A stretch of 64,000 nucleotides of DNA. Origin: Fistulifera solaris. Its lineage: Eukaryota. A program made the position numbers and the translations under genes. The stretch is from positions 1,116,001 through 1,180,000 of the forward strand of contig AP026126.1 of NCBI GenBank assembly GCA_030295235.1, read 5' to 3'. Positions 47,330 through 59,880 of the stretch are shown here, in pieces; position 1 is the first letter of the stretch, and every line of letters begins with the position of its first letter. The notes beneath the pieces were generated by a model. The model was not told the DNA's origin, did no database searches, and worked only from the letters and a program-made list of their open reading frames with translations.

Positions 47330-49820
47330 ATGAGATTCTCTAAAGTTGTCGTTCAGGCGCTCGCGCTTCTCCTCGTTCACAACAATTTCCCTTCTCCTGT
47401 GTTTCGTTCTACGGGTAAGTGGCGATCGACCTGAGGACAAGTTCCGATGACGTGCGCTCTCTTCCTATCGGTCTCTAACTCACGACGCAACAGGCATCTC
47501 TCTAGCTGAGGCTCAAGAAGCAGATGTTGTGGAAAAGGGAGAAGTGTACAAGTTTGAAGCCGAAGTGCACCGAATGTTGGACATTGTCGTCAACTCCCTC
47601 TATCAGAACAACGACGTCTTCCTCCGAGAATTGATCTCCAACGGAAGCGACGCAATCGATAAGTTCCGATACATGTCTCTCACGGAACCGGAAAAGTATA
47701 AAGTTGAAGGAGAAGACGAAATCCCTCTGGAAGTCAAAATTGAATACGATGCGGAAGAACAGACACTCACCGTCCGCGATACCGGCATCGGAATGACTCA
47801 CGACGAGCTCGTCAGCAACTTGGGTACTGTAGCACGCAGTGGAACGACCAAATTTATGAATGCTCTAAAAGAAAGTGGGAATGCTGACAGCACGATGAGT
47901 CAAATCGGTCAGTTCGGTGTCGGCTTTTACTCGGCCTTTCTCGTCGCCGACAAGGTCACCGTCGCCTCCAAGAGTCCTCTCGACAGTGTGCAGTACGTTT
48001 GGGAAAGTGAAAACGGCTCCGCGAGTTTCAATGTTTATCCAGATCCACGAGGAAATACGTTGCCACGGGGTACCGAGATTACGTTGCATTTGAAAGAGAA
48101 TACGCTCGAGTATGCTGACCCGGACCGGTTGCGAGAATTGGCGAAACATTATTCCGAGTTTGTCGTTTATCCGATCTCGTTGCGTACCACCAAGACGATC
48201 CGCGTTTTGGATGAAGAAGAGGAAGATCCGACGAAAGCGGAAATGGAAGGTGAAAAGAAAGGCGACGAGGAGATTGCCGTCGAAGAGGAAGAAGAAACTC
48301 CCAAGGAGAAAAAAGTTTAAGGATGTCAAGACACATCAATACGAAGTGCTGAATGGAAATCCTGCTCTATGGACCCGTGACAAGGAAGATATTTCGGAAG
48401 AAGAATACAAATCTTTCTGGCACACACTGGCTGGTGAACAGGCCGAGGAGTACGTTGGACACAGCCATTTTACAGCGGAAGGAAACATCAATTTCAAATC
48501 ATTGCTTTACCTCCCGAACGAGGTCCCTCCTCATTACAGGCTTGGTAGCATCGATAATGTTGAAAAAGGGATGCGTTTGTTTGTGCGTCGTGTTCTGATC
48601 AGTGACTCGTTTGAGCTTTTGCCACGATACCTTGGTTTCATTCGTGGCGTGGTTGATTCCGACGATCTCCCATTAAACGTCAATCGCGAAACATTGCAAG
48701 AAAGCAAAATTCTTCAAGTCATCAAAAGAAAGTGGTTCGAAAAGCCATTGATATGATCAAACACTTTGCTGATGAAAACGATGAAATCAAGGAAGAGCTT
48801 GACGAAGCAGGCAATCCCATCGAGCCCGATGATCAGGCCATATCGAAGTACATTACGTGGTACAAAAAGTTTTCCCCCAACATCAAGCTGGGTGTCATTG
48901 AGGACGAACCGAATCGCGCCAAGCTTTCGAAGCTTCTTCGTTTCCAAACGTCCAAGTCGGAAGGCAAGTTTATTTCTCTAGACAAGTACGTTGAGAACAT
49001 GAAAGATTGGCAGAAAAACATTTACGTATTGGGAGGCACGAGCGCTGAAGAGATCGCAAAGTCACCTTTCTTAGAGACGGCTAAAGAGAAGGACGTTGAA
49101 GTTTTGTTCTTGACGGATGCCATTGACGAGTATCTCGTGAAGCAAATTGTTGATTACAAGAACAACAAGTTCATGCACTTGTCTAGTGAAGGCGTCAAGT
49201 TTCAAGATGAGTCCGCTGATCTTGTTGCACGACGAGAAAAATACTACCGGAAGAAATTTAAGCCGCTTATTGAATGGCTTCGAAAGTTGTATCAAGGATC
49301 GGTCTTACGTGTCCAAGTTGCCAAGCGCAGCCTTGGTCAAATTCCAGCGGTTGTTTCCAGTTCGGACTTCGGCAACAGCGCAAATATGGAGCGCATTCTA
49401 AGAGCCCAGGCATTTCAACACGGTGTAGATGAGCGGGGATACATGGCCATGAAAGTTTTCGAAATCAATCCACGTCACCCTTTGATCGTTAAGCTTTTCG
49501 AAGGAGTGGGATCCGGAGACGACGAAGTATCTCAGGATTTGATTGATGCCGCATTGATGATTCACGATATGGCGATGCTGAACGGTGGCTTTCCAATTGG
49601 TGATCCAGTGGCTCATAACAATAGGTTGTTGAAGGTGCTACAGGGAAGCTTTGGATTAGATAGCTTGGCGTTAGAACCGGAGTTGGATCCAGCAGAGTTC
49701 GAAGAGGAGGAAGAGGAAAGTTCTAAAATTGATAATACCGTAGGTGGACTAAACGCTGAGGACTTCGAAGAATTGAACATTGATGATCTCATCATCGATG
49801 CGGACAAAGACGAGTTATAA
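47330..49820 (+). CDS. GRP94: ER Hsp90 (endoplasmin/GRP94); intron ~47415-47493, A-run frameshifts ~48310 and ~48725
   Basis: Signal peptide, FLRELISNGSDA, NLGTVARSGT, IGQFGVGFYS, GVVDSDDLPLNVNRETLQ, EINPRHP and a C-terminal KDEL. Confidence 0.97.
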
Positions 49821-51022
49821 CTTGATAGTCTGTTTAATGCAATCAGCAATTTGTTATGGCGAGTTTTTTCGTAATTAAGTCTGGAGATAAAATATGAAAC
49901 CATTCCTTTTGCGCTCCACTATTTGGCTCGACCAAGTCCACATATTATACATTTTTGGCTCAAGTGAAAAGGACATACAATCCAATCCCATCGCTGACTG
50001 CCATCATCTAGAAAAGTTGCTCGTCTTCCTTTCTACCTCTCGCTCATGTTGCGCACCTCCATCTAGTCTCATCTGAATCTTGAAGTTTAATCGTATTTGT
50101 TCCGACAAACAACTATCCAATGAACGGTTGCCAGCCACGTGTACCATAGCGCGATCCTTGCACTACGATAATCGAATCAGTCAGAGTAAAGAAGACCAAA
50201 AATACCGACGTCAAGCAAGCAAATCCCGTGGCTCGCGCAAAAGACATAATCTCCACATTCAAAGAAATTACTTTGTGCATCTCATGGGCTTTCTCACTCA
50301 TTAGACGGGCGGTTAAAGACCTCGAACGAAAGACACAACCAAGACTGCATCATTGGAGTGGGAAGTCGACCAATTTGATGACCTTTGAACCTCACGCGGT
50401 CCTTGAACCGAAATACTACCCGTTTGAAGACCGACGTGGAATTTATTTAACGTCATCGCTTTCTATCGACGACTTTTGAGGAAACAGCGACATGAAAAAT
50501 GGTAGTTATGAGAGGCTTTCATGCGCCTTTCGTGTTGTTTTGGGCTCCCTCTTTAGTTCCTATATGTGTATGGATAGTATTGATGTAAAAATTTCCGGAA
50601 AATTGAAAGGATAACCATGTAAAGGTCATCTATTGAAAAGAAGTGGCGAAGAAATGGGTCAACAATCGGTTTTTTTTTTTTTTTGAAAGTAAAACTACGA
50701 AGTGCGTAGATGTTATTTTGGATCGGTACTCACGGTTGGTCTTATGTCGCAATGAGGTTCGAAAAAGTCACAGAGGACGCACGGACAGACTAGACCCACT
50801 TTCAAGTTCGTGACTAAATCATCTTCTCCATTTTCCGGGACTTGGTCCAGATGCATGCTATTCAGCCAACAGCCAACAGGACAAGACCAATACTTGGTAA
50901 CGCCTTTTCAGTTAACGCACAACAACAATGATCACTACTAAAACGTTTTTGAAACATTAGAATTATAATTGAACACTTCATTATCTTCCATCGCTAAGAG
51001 GGCATACGAAGCAAAGAGTCGA

Positions 51023-52599
51023 ATGATGGAGATGGAGGACTTGGATAGCGACCGCGACACCGAGAGCGACGTCAAGGCTCACTACATTGAGCTTGTCAAA
51101 TCCTTTTACATTGACGGTTTTGCTGATGAGTTTGAGATTAGTGGCCAGCAAATTAAAATAAGTGATTATGGTATGAGCAATGATCTGGGTAATGCAGAGG
51201 GCGATGAGGTGGTTTTGGCTTATCGATCGCTCGATTTCTTTTTGGAAAGCTACGGTTCCTTGCGTCTGTGCATGTGTTGCCTATTTCGCATACTGCAAGT
51301 TTTATAAGCCCAAAACGAAGACTAACCGAGAACAAAATGCGAGGAAACTAGATCGTCTACGCAAGAGAAATGAAGCGTTTTTTGCGCAATCGTTAAAAGG
51401 TGATCGGCAGGCAGACAGCAAGAGGGGGTCGAAGAAGAAAATAGTCGACAAATCTCTCTCAGGCGATCTGATCGCTCCGGAACTTGTAGTTGAAAAGCCT
51501 AATCTTCTCATGCCTCCTGACATTTTGGTCCATGGATCCGTTGCGAACTTACCGTTCAGGGAAGATGTTCAGCCTCCTATCACGGTTGATGCACTTGGGG
51601 ATGAGCTCGTAAAGACTGCTCAGTCATTTAAAAAGATCATTGAGAACTCGGGAATGGGAGGAAGTGAAGAAATGGTGTCAACCTTGTCATGGCAAGCAGC
51701 GATGACATTGAAACAAACAGCCGCGATTTGTCATGCTACCTCGATCGCAGAAACTCGGGGTTATATTTTCCAGACGCAGCAGAGTCGTCTGGACAGGGAA
51801 ATCAGTGCCCGGCAACACAAAGAACTATTAACATCGATACGTGAGGACAAACTATGGCCACAGAAACTGGTGGAGGCGCGTCGTGAATGCTTTGCTAAAT
51901 TACGGGTGGCTAGCTTGAGATCTTTCGCATTGATTTTAAGCTTCAAACCCTTTCTCATCGCTACAGGATTGCTTATCAAATGGAAGTTTCATTCAATAGG
52001 TGATCTAGTATCTGAAGTGAGCAACGTTGTAAGTTCCCTTTTCAAACCGCGATCATACGTCTCTCGTTTCTGATCGTTTTCTCTTGCAGTTCATGTCATG
52101 TCCACAAGGCAGTAACACTTTCTCAACTACCATCGGTTACAACCTTCATCCGAGCTACTTCTTGCTGTCATTTGTGGATACGTACATGAACGTAGCATCA
52201 TGTATAGCAGCCAACGTAGCCTCAATATCCTACGTGCTTGTCTACTGCAGCGCGGCAGGTTTCGTTTCGAGGGCGTTCGGTCTTCCTTCTGTTTCAACAA
52301 CGCTCGTTGTTTGTCTCTTGTCGTTTTCTGAGAATTTTTTCAGTGCTGAGATATTGGTCTTGTTGGCCAGCGTTTCTGCCACATCGCTGGCCACTGCTGT
52401 GTACATCATGATTCAGTTTTGGAGGTCAAGGAGAATTAAGACCGATGGCAAACAAAACCAGTCGATACAACAATTGAACGAGTCGTTAGTTCATTTTGAT
52501 AGACTGGCGGATGTGATCCAGTTATGTCCTATACTGATAGCAGTCGGTCTGTTCGCAAAAGAGACTCTTCATCTTCCTGCAATAGAAATCTTCTCGTGA
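51023..52599 (+). CDS. Hypothetical multi-pass membrane protein; probable frameshift ~51240 and intron ~52030-52090
   Basis: Three consecutive same-strand ORFs, several hydrophobic helices and GTAAG...TTGCAG splice signals. Confidence 0.55.
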
Positions 52600-53117
52600 A
52601 ACATTGGGGCTTGATAATGAAGACATCAATGCTCTCCATCGTTGTTTTTGTACATTATCGGTTAACTTGCTTTTTGTCGTTGAATGAGCAGGCACTAACG
52701 CAAGAGCGGCACGGTAAGAGAGGCTTCAATTTGAAATCATTGTGAGGAAGTACTGATGAATGGTTGGCTATCACGTCCGTTTAAAAAAACGCTCCTGCAT
52801 TGGATTTATACATAATGTCGTTTCGCATTTCTTAAGCCTGGCGCGTCAGAGTGTCTACGTTAGATAAACCATGACCACCCTGGGCCCTGGGTATCCTACC
52901 TGGTACCGGTACCGGTACCTTGTACCGGTATAATCCTTCGTGCATTTTTTGACTTTCATCGACTCTGATCTGTAGTAAGGTTATGATTAACATCTTCAAC
53001 GCTTTCTGCCACCATCCAAATTCAAACTATCCAGAAAAATCGCAGAAGCCACATTGAACGAACTCGTTTGTTTCGGTGTAAGCATTACGAGATAACAGAA
53101 CAAGAGGACTTTCTGCA

Positions 53118-54155
53118 ATGCCCGAACAGGACGAGACGAAGAAATGGGAGGATGCCGTCCTATCCATCACGCAGGGCGAAGCTATTAAAGTGAAGAAGCT
53201 GCGTAAGCAAGTTCTCATCACTCTTCAAATGGATGAAGACGACAAGGCGGCGAAGGAGATATTTAAAGAAACCGTTCAACGACTCGAAGAGGCAGGTCAA
53301 ATATCTTTAGATAGTGAAGGAAACGTGACACTGACAGAAAAGTCTAAGAAGCGCAAGTCGAAGGAGGAAAAGAAATCAAAGAAAAACAAGAAGGCCAAAA
53401 CGACCGAGTCGGACGAAGGGGTCGAGGATCAAGCTGACGAAATCGACACGTCGGCTGAATCGAAAGACAAAAACAAACCTTGTCCTGGTAACCCTCAAGG
53501 TGTCACTCGTCTTTTCCTTGGGAACCTTCCATTCGCTGTCGATGAGGCGTTGCTTGGGGAGTTTTTTAAGAACAAAGTGACTCACATCAAATGGATCACG
53601 GATAAGGAAACAGGGAAATTTTACGGATCAGCTTTCATCGAAATGGCGGATTCTCGTGCGGCTGCAGAGGCGGTTGCATTAGCAGGAGAAAAAAATGCTG
53701 GGAAGGCCTGTTAAAATCAATTTTGCTCCAGCGCGCGAAGGCGACGTGTGGCCACCCGAGAAGAAAGTGATAACTGGCGGACCTACTGCATCTACTGGCA
53801 ACAGTGGCGATGGAACTAAGCAGAAAAGGGAGATGAGCGCAAAGCCAGAGAATTGTGTTAAGTTATTCATTGGGAATCTCTCTTACGACATAAATGATGA
53901 AGGCATTACAAAATTCTTTGCAAACGTTGATGCAGAGGTTCGCTCTGTACGATGGCTACATCACAAAGATTCAGGTGATTTTAAGGGATGGTAAGCTGAT
54001 TTTGTTGAAAACTTGTTGGGAAGATATTTGTATCTGATTTTGCCCCTTGTAGCGGATATGTTGAATTCTGGAGTCCCGAAGCTTGCGATAAAGCGGCAAC
54101 TCTGAATGGGAAGAATCTTTTGGGAAGGCCAATCAGAATCGACTGGACTGACTAA
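53118..54155 (+). CDS. Two-RRM nucleolar-type RNA-binding protein (NSR1/nucleolin-like); A-run frameshift ~53690, intron 53991-54051
   Basis: LFLGNLPF + KFYGSAFIEM and LFIGNLSY + FKG-CGYVEF...LLGRPIRIDW RNP motifs, preceded by a Lys-rich region. Confidence 0.88.
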
Positions 54156-54937
54156 TTGCGCATCAGGCATTCTCTACGATTAACTATGTATCTACTTGTT
54201 ACTAAGTTACTCACAATGAAGCTGTGAAATAAACGCCTTGACTATAAGGATTCTTATCAAAGCTGCATTTTGGTGTGGGAATTTGGAGCACAATCGTGTT
54301 AATTGTGTCTACGGTATGTGTTTGTCTTAGGTGTGGGCTTGATTATCTTCTAGTTTCAAGTAGTTCGATTCATGTGCGATTTTATTTGATACTCCGTAAT
54401 AGTACAGCGGTAGTGTCTTCGATATTTTCCGGGACTACAATGTTGTTGAGTCACGAGAAGTCATCATCACACTTCACACAACAGTCTCTACTATCTTTAA
54501 CCTTATCAAGAGCTTGGCTCGATACGGCACGTTCTGATCTTTTGCCTTATCTGTCGCTTGTTGATCGTTTATTACTTATTTACAAAAACGTCATTGTTTA
54601 ACTAGTATTTACTCTTGAAACTCTCATTCCTACCAAAGTTTGAAAAGTGAAGATCAAGCGAAATCAGAATGCAGCAAGATTGTCTCGCGATTTGCCCGCC
54701 GTCAATGGCACGTTACGTTTCAAGGCACATGGATTCCATGCCAAAAATCATCAATCATTTACTCTACGTAACACTTCTTTTCACTTCCTTCCTCTTTCTG
54801 GTCTCTTTGGGTGCGCCAAATGTTGGACTAAACGTAACACTGATCTCGCTGATTTTGGCAATACAAAGCGTCAGCGTCTTTTCACATTAAACCATTCCTC
54901 TATTCCGGCCCTTCACTTTCTATCCCCTACGCCCTTG

Positions 54938-55192
54938 ATGATTGGAGTGGCATTGGGTACCACGATCGGGGCTGCGATTTTGGCTTTTGTTGTCTCCAGT
55001 GCTTACCGATATTTATCGAGCTGCAAGCTAGACGGTAAAGACATGCATCCTCGATCCTTTCACGGAAACTCTACCATCCCGACGGATGACCCTGTTTTGG
55101 AATATTTGTGTCAAAAGGAGTCGGCTCCTCTTCGGCTGTTTGCTTCTGGAGTGGACTGGTATTTTGGTGCGATTCCTGTGTGTGCTTACTAA
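54938..55192 (+). CDS. Possible small membrane-anchored protein (first exon or whole ORF)
   Basis: ATG followed by the hydrophobic MIGVALGTTIGAAILAFVVSSAY; no other support. Confidence 0.3.
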   Translation: MIGVALGTTIGAAILAFVVSSAYRYLSSCKLDGKDMHPRSFHGNSTIPTDDPVLEYLCQKESAPLRLFASGVDWYFGAIPVCAY

Positions 55193-55766
55193 TTATGATG
55201 GGTCAGAACGAATTATTACAAGGGCAATATCAGCATCTGGCTTCCAGTAACGGGCCACCGTCTTTTGTGGGTGATTACAGTAACATCCCTGAAGTTCGTG
55301 GAAATGAGTCGGGTAGCTTTCAATCCTCTCATCAGGCCGCTCTTGTCCAGAACGTGTAGTATTCGAAGAGAGGGTACTTCATCAGTCGAGCTTGTATCTT
55401 CCTCGCGATCAGCGAGCAAAGACCTACAAATTTGTTTTTTTGTGTTCAATGTCTGCTTAGCCGTTCGTTGTTAGTCTGGGCCGTCTTGCTAGATAATGTA
55501 CTGTATTGAATATCGTAGAATATGTTAGAGAATAAAGGTATTTGGTACCCTAGCTGCGGATTGCGCTCGGTGTGTCTCTTATACAGTAAGGATTAAGATT
55601 ACATTTTATGAACCGTACGGGGACAGGCGTCCGCGCAATTGTGATTTTTGTGATGTTTTTCTTATTCAACTTCTTCCACTCATTATCCGGACAGACGGAA
55701 ATAACAAGAACGTGTCTTTTTACTTGTTTCTGCGCTTCGTTTGCCATTTCCGTAGACAACTTAGAC

Positions 55767-56809
55767 ATGCGGATCGGCGTAGGCGTTCTCGCGGTGAAAA
55801 GACGGAGAAGAGAATGGTCTTTTTATCGATGTTTCGTAGTATTCGCCACTTCTATTCTGCTGGGAATTCCGCGTCAGAGCGACTCGTTACAGGGTCAATG
55901 TCAAACAATACGTCGACGACCGTTGAAGCTTTACGATAGCACACAACTTGAAATCGCTATTCCGGATGAGGTTGACTCCAGGCAAGAAGAGTATCGACTG
56001 AGATTTGGTGGCGTAGGTAGACTCTATGAGGGCAAATCATCCGACTCCAGTCGACCCTTGCAACGACTGCAGCAAGCAACTGTTGCGATTGTCGGTCTCG
56101 GGGGAGTCGGAAGCTGGGCCGCAGAAGCACTCTGTCGAAGTGGAATTGGAAATCTTGTGCTGATTGATCTTGACGACATTTGCATATCGAATACGAACCG
56201 ACAACTGCATGCCACATCGTCCACCATTGGACGGCTGAAAATTGAGGAGATGCAGAAGAAACTCTTTGATATCAATCCTCACTGTAATGTTTCTTTAGTG
56301 CACGAGTTTGTATCACCTGAGAACGTACATGAGGTCATAGGCAACCTTGGAGCGACCGTTCTGCTAGATATGATTGACGGCAGTAGAGAAAAGTCTGCTT
56401 TGCTGGCAGCATGTGCCGATCTAAAATTACCAGTCGTTACTTGTGGGGCGCTGCCGGACGAAGAGATCCTACGAAGATTATATGCGGTGATCTAACAGAA
56501 GTAGAAGGTGACAAATTACTCGCTACGTGTCGAAAAGAGCTGAGAAAGTATCATGGATTTGAACGAGGACTTTCCTTTCAGGAAAAGCGGAAGAATCATA
56601 GGAAGAGTCGAAAGTGGAGCATCGCAGCTGTATTCTCTACTGAACCCCAAAAATCATTACCAGCGGGTACTGACCTTGGATCTTCATTTCGTCGTTGCGA
56701 TGGCGCTTTGGGGACAGCCTGCTTTGTGACAGGGGCCTACGGATTCGCAGCTGCTGCCCGGGTCGTTGATATGATAGCAGAAGGTCGAACAAAGCCGCCG
56801 CAAAGATGA
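55767..56809 (+). CDS. tcdA: tRNA threonylcarbamoyladenosine dehydratase (TcdA/CsdL, ThiF family); G-run frameshift ~56446
   Basis: RFGGVGRLY, VGLGGVGSWAAEALCRSG, IDLDDICISNTNRQLHA, GAAGRRDPT, AVFSTE and C..ALGTACFVTGAYGF. Confidence 0.92.
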
Positions 56810-56879
56810 TCATGATGAAACGAAGAAATCTTGCGTAAAGTAATGTGTTTACTATGCTTTCACAATTTAGTTTGTGAAT

Positions 56880-59523
56880 CTAGGTGTATGCGATTAGCAT
56901 GTCATTCAAAATGCCACAAGTGTTTTCACCCATGGCCACATAAGCATATCCGTTCATACCCCAATACCTAGACCATTGGTTACGAACAATCCAATACCCT
57001 TGAGATACTGACAGTTCAGTATCCTGACTCTCACTTCCATTGTCTTTCGAGTTATGGTTATTGTTGTTGTCTTCCCGCTCATCTTCGTTGTCGGCAGTCG
57101 CATAAGCATAACCGACGACCTGTGCACAGTGGTTCACATCCATGAACCCAGAGCTGCATCCCGATTCGGAAGTAATTATTCCGCCCGTATACTCTTTCCA
57201 CGTTGAAGCATCGAAGCAAACCACCGCGGGGCCGTACGTGGCAATGTTTCGAACAGCCATGCCCTCATCTTGCGAATCACATGCACAACCCGTCCCGTCC
57301 GTGTAACAAACACACTTTTTGGTAGCATATCCATACCCGGAGATTGCGCCACCAAAACGTTCATAGCTGCTACCAGACCCGTTTCCATCGTCTTTCGATC
57401 CTGACTTCCGGTCATCTCCAGCGGGGCATACTTGAGACTTATAGTCATTCAAGTCATCCTCGCTACAGCACAAAAAGAAGGTAAATAATTGATGAGACTC
57501 AATAATACATGGTGCGTCTCTTATCGCTCACGGAGAGATACTTACGTCAGGTCTCCACCTTCTCCAGTTTTAACACTCGACAACCATAGAAGCCAATCGG
57601 CGTCATACGGCAAATCAGCTCTGAAATTAAGCAAACAAAGAGACGATAAGTGAATGTTGATTGAAACCATGGACGGTGTCTGACGATGAGTGAACTTACG
57701 AAAGTGGCACGCCCTTGTGCTTTATCACGTACTCAACTGCCTCTTGGGGCCATCCTCCTGCGCACATCTCACATTCATCCGCGCATGTAATGATTTCGGT
57801 TTCAGAAAGTGTATACATCGTTCCGGTGCTTATGAATATTGCTGACTCGATGTTTTCAACAGCGGTGATTGCCCAACAGGCACCGCAGTTTCCTTGTGAT
57901 CGTAGACTGTTCACTGCTCCTAGATCCCTCCAATCAACAGCTGTACATTCTTCACAGTTAGAAGCCTAGAAAAAATTACAATAAGATGAGATCATCATGC
58001 TGACTTACATTTTGGATACGATTGGGCATCATACTTAGGTTCCAGAGTAAGACCCAAACCGTACACATACGTTTCAAAGACGTACGTCAAGACGCAACTC
58101 ACGTCATACCATTTGCAAGCGGTCCCAAATGCACCAGAATCGGATCCTCCTCGACGCACGGTCACCGTATCCTCCCATTGAGCCTGTAGGAGCCGATGAA
58201 CTTCAGGGTGTCGTTTTGGCACAATGTGCGGACCGAGAACACCCGATGACAAATCTGGTGGCTGCTTGTCGGCTGTAGGGCCAGTGTAGCCAGTTAAGAA
58301 CTGCTCTTTGAATTCTTCGTGCGTTAAATCTTGAAAATGGTTCGACCCGAAGACTGGTTGGTTCGTCATCTTACACGGACCATGCCGACGATTCTTTTCT
58401 GCAATTTTTTCGTGGTTTTGCAGCCAAATACCGAATCTTTTCTCTCTTTCTTCTTTGCTGTGATATCTTTTGTTCAGTTTCGACGCCCATGACTCAAATT
58501 CGTGCCTCAGACTCCTCATGGATAATCGTCTCATGGGAGTATCTTGTTGGTGCTGATGTCCAGAATCTCCCCTAGATCTTGCTTCCACTGGTAATGGAAG
58601 CAAAACAATCGGACCATACTGCCCGTCCTGTTGATGAGTTTGAACCTGGTAATGCCCCTGGTTGTTTATTGGTACAAGTCGCACGGTTTCCGAAATCTCA
58701 ATGAGTACGTCTTCGCCAGACGAAACCAATTCTGATTCAGCAGCTTCCTCGTGCCGCACATGCTTGACGACTATCATCATTCCAATTAAAAATGCTGTCA
58801 CAGATACTATCAGCCACAATTTGGTGTACGAAAGCAATCTTTGGCTTTGAAGCCAGACAGAACCTGGTCGGAACGGATAGGTTCCATCGAAGTCGAATCT
58901 CTCCTGATACAAAGCCCTTCGAAAATTGGATGACCCAAACAAACCTCTTGGTGTTTGTCGCTTTTTGCGTCTAATTCGTCTTCGTCGTACAATTCGCTTT
59001 CCAGCGGAAATTCGCGCGAGGGCGGTGGTCTGTATTCATTCGGTGTCTTTCGATGAGTCAAGAGCAAACCAGTTGAAGTCTTTATAGGTTCATAATCTGA
59101 CTTTCCCTGCTGATGGTAGCTACTCTGAGGAGTTCTCGGTGGCTCTTCCTCCATTTCTAAATATCCCGCAGCCCCGGGTACGGACAAGGATTGTCGTATG
59201 GACGACTCAACGTCATCGTTTTGACTTTCGTCGTCAACGGCCTCTTCGTCGAGTAATGAACTCTGCACTTTGGAAGGTGGTCGTTCGGGACTGAACGGGT
59301 CGAAGTTGGATAAATTAACGGATTGATCACTGCTTTGAGCAATATTTTTCGTACTTTGAGCCGAAGAAGCAGATTGATGATGATAATTCGTATTCAACGA
59401 GGACAATTCCGTATCGGTGACAAATTCGATCACCTCCTCGCCATCTTCCGCTAACGGGTCAAATGCATTTCTGTGACGAGAAAACAGGGATGGATCACCA
59501 TAACTCCCACCTGATCGCATCAT
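56880..59523 (-). CDS. Papain-family (C1A) cysteine protease with a long N-terminal extension, TM helix and I29 propeptide; frameshift ~58925, three introns
   Basis: VDWR, QGNCGACWA (catalytic Cys), CAGGWP, NHCAQVVGY (His) and YWIVRNQW...WGMNGY (Asn). The propeptide reads FESW..K..KRY...E...RF.IW..N and NHFQDLTHEEF. Confidence 0.9.
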
Positions 59524-59880
59524 TATTCAAAAACGACGAGGAGAAAGTAAATGAAAGTATAGTCTGTTTTCACTTTTCAACTTCCTGGCGAGACGAGGTC
59601 TTGTTCATCGTTCATCGTGAAAAAAAGTTAAGACAGCCTTTCCCCATTGTCGTTGGAAGTTGGCCAGGCGCGCAAGGCACATTCAAAAAGGTTGCACACT
59701 ATTTGGTAGATACTATTTCACCTCTATGAACTTGACGTCTGTCCTTTACCAGTGACGACCAAACAAAAACACTGATCTGCCCTTGAGCCGTCAATTTTTA
59801 CGAAAAAGTAATGGGGCGCGACCATGACGAAAAGACACTCTTGGCAACGCATATTTAGCAAGACACAGCAGAGATAAAGA

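Noticed and set aside
49894..50960. Short ORFs and the T14 run downstream of GRP94 as a retroelement remnant
   Set aside because: No reverse transcriptase or transposase motifs, target-site duplication or second copy was seen.
19793..56809. Functional cluster of translation/RNA-modification genes (TRM6, RPL18, NMD3, SpoU, RRM, TcdA)
   Set aside because: The genes are interspersed with unrelated ones in mixed orientations, and such housekeeping genes are common. There is no evidence of co-regulation.
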